The notes under the pieces are model-generated. The model made no database searches and was not told where the DNA came from. It saw only the letters and a program-made list of their open reading frames with translations. 32,000 nt of DNA from Candidatus Heimdallarchaeota archaeon (GTDB taxonomy: Archaea; Asgardarchaeota; Heimdallarchaeia; Heimdallarchaeales; Heimdallarchaeaceae): NCBI GenBank assembly GCA_019057815.1, contig JAHLWR010000013.1, positions 39,542 through 71,541 on the forward strand. Reading direction: 5' to 3'. Positions 27,864 to 32,000 of the stretch are shown one piece after another; within the stretch, counting starts at the first letter, position 1; each line of letters starts with the position of its first letter. The position numbers and the translations under genes are program-made.

Positions 27864-30800
27864 TTAATTTTCACCTTCTCTAAAAATCGCAGGACTTTTT
27901 TTCCTACCTTTCGTCTAAAAATAATCAACGGAATGGCGATAATACTTGTTAAAGAGGACATAATTATTAATGTGTAATTGGTCTGTGTTAAGTGGTCATG
28001 GTTTAATTGAGTCGCCGTTATATTAGGATAAAGAGTTATTTTTTCTGATTGTAAATGATACCTGCTGATACTATCTATGTATGTTTCAATATACATCTCG
28101 ATTTCTTCTACGGTCTGTAACGAAAGCGAGATATCGTTTTTCTTGAAGAAACTGATAGATTGCCAAACCTTATCATTTTGATATTTGTAAAGGATTTTTG
28201 TTTCCAACACTTTACCTTGTGTCGTGATATTTATACGTGTCAGATTATTTTCTGTATTGTACGATATTATAGGTTGTAGAGGGCTGATAGTGTCTGTAAT
28301 ATTTAAATCATTGAAACCATAATGATAATCTTTAACAAAACTTTTTGTGAAACCAAAATAACTATGCCACAACATATCTATGTTATAAGTTTCTGTTACA
28401 AGTTTATCTAATGAAATTATAGCTTGCCAAAACACTTTTCCGGCATTATTAGTATATCTCATAGGATAATAATATTCTGTACCTTGATCTTGTAATGTTA
28501 GTGTTATTGTACCGTAACCACTTACATCATGTAATGTCAAAGCATATTGTAAAAGATTATGATCGTTTTTCAACTCTTGAATAGTATAAGGGATATTCAA
28601 TGGGCTACTATCTTGTGTATGAGTACCTTCTTCCATAACCATTGAACAACTTACTAATGGGTCGAAAGGTCCACCACCAGGGTCATATGGTGTTACCCAA
28701 TAATCATACCAATCAGTAGTTATGGCATTGCTTATTATAGGATCATAAACGATAAATCTGTAATTAACAGTAGCATGAAGATTTTCGGGTAATTCTTGTC
28801 TCCAAGTAGACCAACTGTCATAATATCTACTACCACTAAAATAATTCATCCAGAGGGATATAGGGGAAGTTGGTGAACCCTGCAAAAAAGTGTAATATTG
28901 TACTTTAACTTGGTAAATATACCAATTATCTGAAACTTTTACTTGTAGTAGTTGTCCAGCATCATAAGGTACTGGATCTCCATACATTTCTGTAACTTCA
29001 TGGAAAACAGGGGATTCTGTATCTGTCCATTGAAGGGCAAATGCATCAGTCTCATACGTATCTCCACCTGCTATTGTAGCTGTACATATCGAGTAGCGGT
29101 AGGTTTCAGGCAAATATCCCCCACTATAAGATAAACTATATTGTATATGCCACAAAGTCGTAGAATCAGATATTGAATTGGAGGTATATATAGAAGCCAC
29201 ATCTATCCATGTAGTACCACCATCATATGAGTATTGTAAGAAAACATAGTGTGGCCATGGTTCTGTCGCATAGTCCCAATCTCCCCAAATATTGTATGGT
29301 GGAGAATATAGTGTATAATAAAGGTCAAATATATTAGTAGTTGTAGGGTCTATATTCTGAGGTCCAAATGTAGATAAGCCCATGTCAATGTTAGATTCAC
29401 CAAACTCAGTTTCCGCTAAAGTAATAACACTATATGAGAATTCATTATAGTAAACATCATGATCACGAGTGTATTTTATTTTAATATAATCGACTATTGC
29501 TCCTGCCCAAGCACCAGAACGAACATCAACAATGCCTTTATCTGTTGATCCTATTGGAAGACCGTACATTACCCTCATTGCAGCTGTAAAATGAAAAGTA
29601 AATTTAACAGTATTATCATCTATTTCTTCACCGGCATAAGAGGAAATGGATCTGTAATTAGCATCTATATCATATAGTGAAAACCAAAAACTTATCTGAC
29701 AAAAGATAATTGAATCCCATGGACTGTCAGCATCATAAATATAAACATAGAACGTTAATGAATCAGATTCGTCTGTGAATTGTAAATCTGTGTCAAGAAG
29801 AAGATTGGTAGAAGGATGAGTACTCTCATACAGTCCTATACAAACAGGTGGTGTTGAATCACCCAAGATAAAGCTTTCATCGGAAGCACCTGTATCACCA
29901 TCTGCAGTAACACTAATAGTGATAATTATTTCTTGTCCCTCAAGACAGTTAAAGATGAAATCATTTATAACAAAGTTGAAAGAATAAGATTTACTGTTTA
30001 AACCCAAACTATTTTTAGAAAAGGTGAATCTGCTATCTGTTATTGGATTAGTTCTGGATGCGCCTTTATCTACATTATAGATTGTTATAGAAACATATGC
30101 ATCGCCAAATGCTGAAGCTTCAAAAACTCTGAACAGAACAGTTGTTGTACCTGATGGTGTAGGGTGATTTGGATATGAAGGAGTAATTAATATAGCGTCT
30201 ATTAAAGGAGCAACATCGTCATTGAAGTGTATTGTAGGCCATGCAGGAATGCCAGAATATATATTTATCCAATCACAATCTATCCCCAGTGAATTATCAA
30301 CATATTTTATATCGATATGATATTCAATATCGCATAATGTTGAAGGTCTATCCCAAACAATATCTGTTGGAAACTTTAACTGAATATAATAATCGCGTCC
30401 TTCATAAGTTGGCAAGCCCTGATAATTCGTACGTGTTACTGATACATCAAGAACTGTCGTACCAATTTCAAAATCGTAACCTGTGGTAGGATCCCCTGTC
30501 CAATAGTAATGACCAATAATAAACAATGTATTATCGGTAGAACCATCCCAAGTTGTCTTGATTGTAGGATTTATCTCTCCTACATCTATTACATATCTTA
30601 AAGTTAATTGAGCATAACTAGTACTGCTTAGTGCTATGCTAGTATCAGTTATTGTATGTTTCACAGAGACAGGATTAGTATCAATTACATCATTGATATC
30701 CAACTCCAACATATTGGCCGTATTTATAGGTTCATAACTCATTTGATTTGCATAACCACCTACCAAACCATACCACGCATAATTTACTCTGTCAAATACC

Positions 30801-32000
30801 TCAAAATAATATTTGGAATTATAACTCCCTATTTCATCACAATAAAGCCTAGTAAGATATTTATGACAATATGTATCTTGATAAAAATACGTACTAGTAT
30901 ATGATAATTCATGTGAAACAATATCTCCTGACTGCAAGTTTAATATCTTTAAAGTAACCGTTAGCCTCGAAGATGCACCTTGCTCAGGTACATCTCTTAC
31001 ACTTATTGCAAAGTATTCATATGGTCTATATATAACGTGTGGGTTCCAGTCAAATGATGTTGGTAAATATGATATTTGTTCACCTGTATGAAATAACATA
31101 AATATTGGTGTCCACGCGTCTAGAACCCTAAAGAAAGTACTGTGTACCCCGTCACTTGTAAATGTGAAACCATTCTCTAGTCCTGCATTACTTACCTTCC
31201 CATTATCGTAACTATCTACTAAAACAACTGTTACAGTAACAATTTTATCATAATCATCATACTCAAAAATTCCGTATAAGTCTTCTGCACTTACCTCTAT
31301 ATATCCCCTAACATGCATTTTTTTAGGAACTGTTTCGAAAGTTAGTGATTCTATCGTTAAATACCCATAATAGTCTACTGTAATTGATGTAATATCTTGA
31401 ACTAAATTGAATTTTACATAACACCAATAATTATTATCTGTATTATCATCAGGATTATTATTTGGATCGGGTGTATAATCAGCGAATAAAATGTAATCTA
31501 GTTCTGCGGTATATGACGTATCATATTCCACGTAGAGTTTTTGTGTCCAATCAATATCTGTTATATCCTCATAGTTGACATCAACAAGAGTAATTTCCGG
31601 ATGGTTAACCCCATCTCCCTTATAGGTAACTACTAAAAATGAGTTATCGATAGAGGTAATTTCAGTCTCAAAGGTATTCCACCAAAATGTGGTTTCCCAA
31701 GTATATTGTATTTTTAGATAAATAACAACTTTTCCTGTATATATTATATCGTTAGTCGAAAAAGACTCAATTGTTACCATTCCATCATTTGGTGTACAAG
31801 TATAACTTTCAAGCCAGTTATCACTATTGTAATCAATATCATCATCGTCTATACCTTGAGGATTATCATTTAAATTATCACCATTCTCAAAATATCTGTA
31901 ATAAATATCAATATTAATATCGTATAAAACGTTTGATAGAGTAACTAGACCCTCTATTGTATCCCCAGGCGCAAAAATACTAACCGCCCCTTCTATTGCT
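27860..32000 (-). CDS. Large C-terminally anchored surface protein with Ig-like repeat modules; 5' end lies beyond the right window edge
   Basis: I translated the frame upstream of the listed Met (31780) and it stays open to base 32000 (..AIEGAVSIFAPGDTIEGLVTLSNVLYDINIDIYYRYFENGDNLNDNPQGIDDDDIDYNSDNWLESYTCTPNDG-MVTIE), so at least 1379 aa lie in the window. Repeated module starts: DDVAPLI, GDSTPPV, TDTESPV, TDTISPL. The C-terminal TM LIIMSSLTSIIAIPLIIF is followed by RRKVGKK. Confidence 0.8.
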   Translation of the reverse strand, partial: AIEGAVSIFAPGDTIEGLVTLSNVLYDINIDIYYRYFENGDNLNDNPQGIDDDDIDYNSDNWLESYTCTPNDGMVTIESFSTNDIIYTGKVVIYLKIQYTWETTFWWNTFETEITSIDNSFLVVTYKGDGVNHPEITLVDVNYEDITDIDWTQKLYVEYDTSYTAELDYILFADYTPDPNNNPDDNTDNNYWCYVKFNLVQDITSITVDYYGYLTIESLTFETVPKKMHVRGYIEVSAEDLYGIFEYDDYDKIVTVTVVLVDSYDNGKVSNAGLENGFTFTSDGVHSTFFRVLDAWTPIFMLFHTGEQISYLPTSFDWNPHVIYRPYEYFAISVRDVPEQGASSRLTVTLKILNLQSGDIVSHELSYTSTYFYQDTYCHKYLTRLYCDEIGSYNSKYYFEVFDRVNYAWYGLVGGYANQMSYEPINTANMLELDINDVIDTNPVSVKHTITDTSIALSSTSYAQLTLRYVIDVGEINPTIKTTWDGSTDNTLFIIGHYYWTGDPTTGYDFEIGTTVLDVSVTRTNYQGLPTYEGRDYYIQLKFPTDIVWDRPSTLCDIEYHIDIKYVDNSLGIDCDWINIYSGIPAWPTIHFNDDVAPLIDAILITPSYPNHPTPSGTTTVLFRVFEASAFGDAYVSITIYNVDKGASRTNPITDSRFTFSKNSLGLNSKSYSFNFVINDFIFNCLEGQEIIITISVTADGDTGASDESFILGDSTPPVCIGLYESTHPSTNLLLDTDLQFTDESDSLTFYVYIYDADSPWDSIIFCQISFWFSLYDIDANYRSISSYAGEEIDDNTVKFTFHFTAAMRVMYGLPIGSTDKGIVDVRSGAWAGAIVDYIKIKYTRDHDVYYNEFSYSVITLAETEFGESNIDMGLSTFGPQNIDPTTTNIFDLYYTLYSPPYNIWGDWDYATEPWPHYVFLQYSYDGGTTWIDVASIYTSNSISDSTTLWHIQYSLSYSGGYLPETYRYSICTATIAGGDTYETDAFALQWTDTESPVFHEVTEMYGDPVPYDAGQLLQVKVSDNWYIYQVKVQYYTFLQGSPTSPISLWMNYFSGSRYYDSWSTWRQELPENLHATVNYRFIVYDPIISNAITTDWYDYWVTPYDPGGGPFDPLVSCSMVMEEGTHTQDSSPLNIPYTIQELKNDHNLLQYALTLHDVSGYGTITLTLQDQGTEYYYPMRYTNNAGKVFWQAIISLDKLVTETYNIDMLWHSYFGFTKSFVKDYHYGFNDLNITDTISPLQPIISYNTENNLTRINITTQGKVLETKILYKYQNDKVWQSISFFKKNDISLSLQTVEEIEMYIETYIDSISRYHLQSEKITLYPNITATQLNHDHLTQTNYTLIIMSSLTSIIAIPLIIFRRKVGKKVLRFLEKVKIK
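27917..27970 (-). other. C-terminal transmembrane anchor plus basic tail
   Basis: LIIMSSLTSIIAIPLIIF, then RRKVGKKVLRFLEKVKIK-stop. This is typical of archaeal tail-anchored surface proteins. Confidence 0.65.

Noticed and set aside
28952-30904. Plus-strand ORFs of 60-82 aa inside the 27860..32000 gene, and 9783..9974 overlapping the giant gene's end
   Set aside because: The reasoning is the same: antisense to a long, continuous coding frame.

Overview
AT-rich archaeal chromosome segment. Intron-containing tRNA, archaeal-type PPAT, TATA-like boxes about 25 nt upstream of ATGs and two Rab/Ras-like small GTPases point to an Asgard-type (Loki-like) archaeon; this is inference. Left to right: (1) the 3' part of an Lhr-family helicase gene that runs off the left edge and carries a long tandem winged-helix/AlkZ-like extension, abutted (TAAATG) by a stand-alone 788-aa paralog of that extension; (2) MEMO1-family protein, a Rab-like GTPase, a small SPOUT-like protein; (3) a GC-rich RNA island with an intron-containing tRNA-His(GUG) and, convergent to it, a 5S rRNA gene whose two halves are in circularly permuted order, with helix I capped by a UACG tetraloop; (4) phosphopantetheine adenylyltransferase and a second Rab-like GTPase; (5) a minus-strand pair of giant surface-protein genes. 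One is a 6010-aa protein with a signal anchor, a roughly 4000-aa Y/N/T/D-rich beta-type ectodomain, a TM cluster and a roughly 1800-aa K/E-rich C-terminal domain. It overlaps by ATGA a gene of at least 1379 aa with a C-terminal anchor that is open to the right edge. No CRISPR array, transposase or integrase was seen. The strongest signal is the permuted 5S rRNA gene, followed by the giant-protein locus. All homology calls are by-eye motif recognition and no searches were run.
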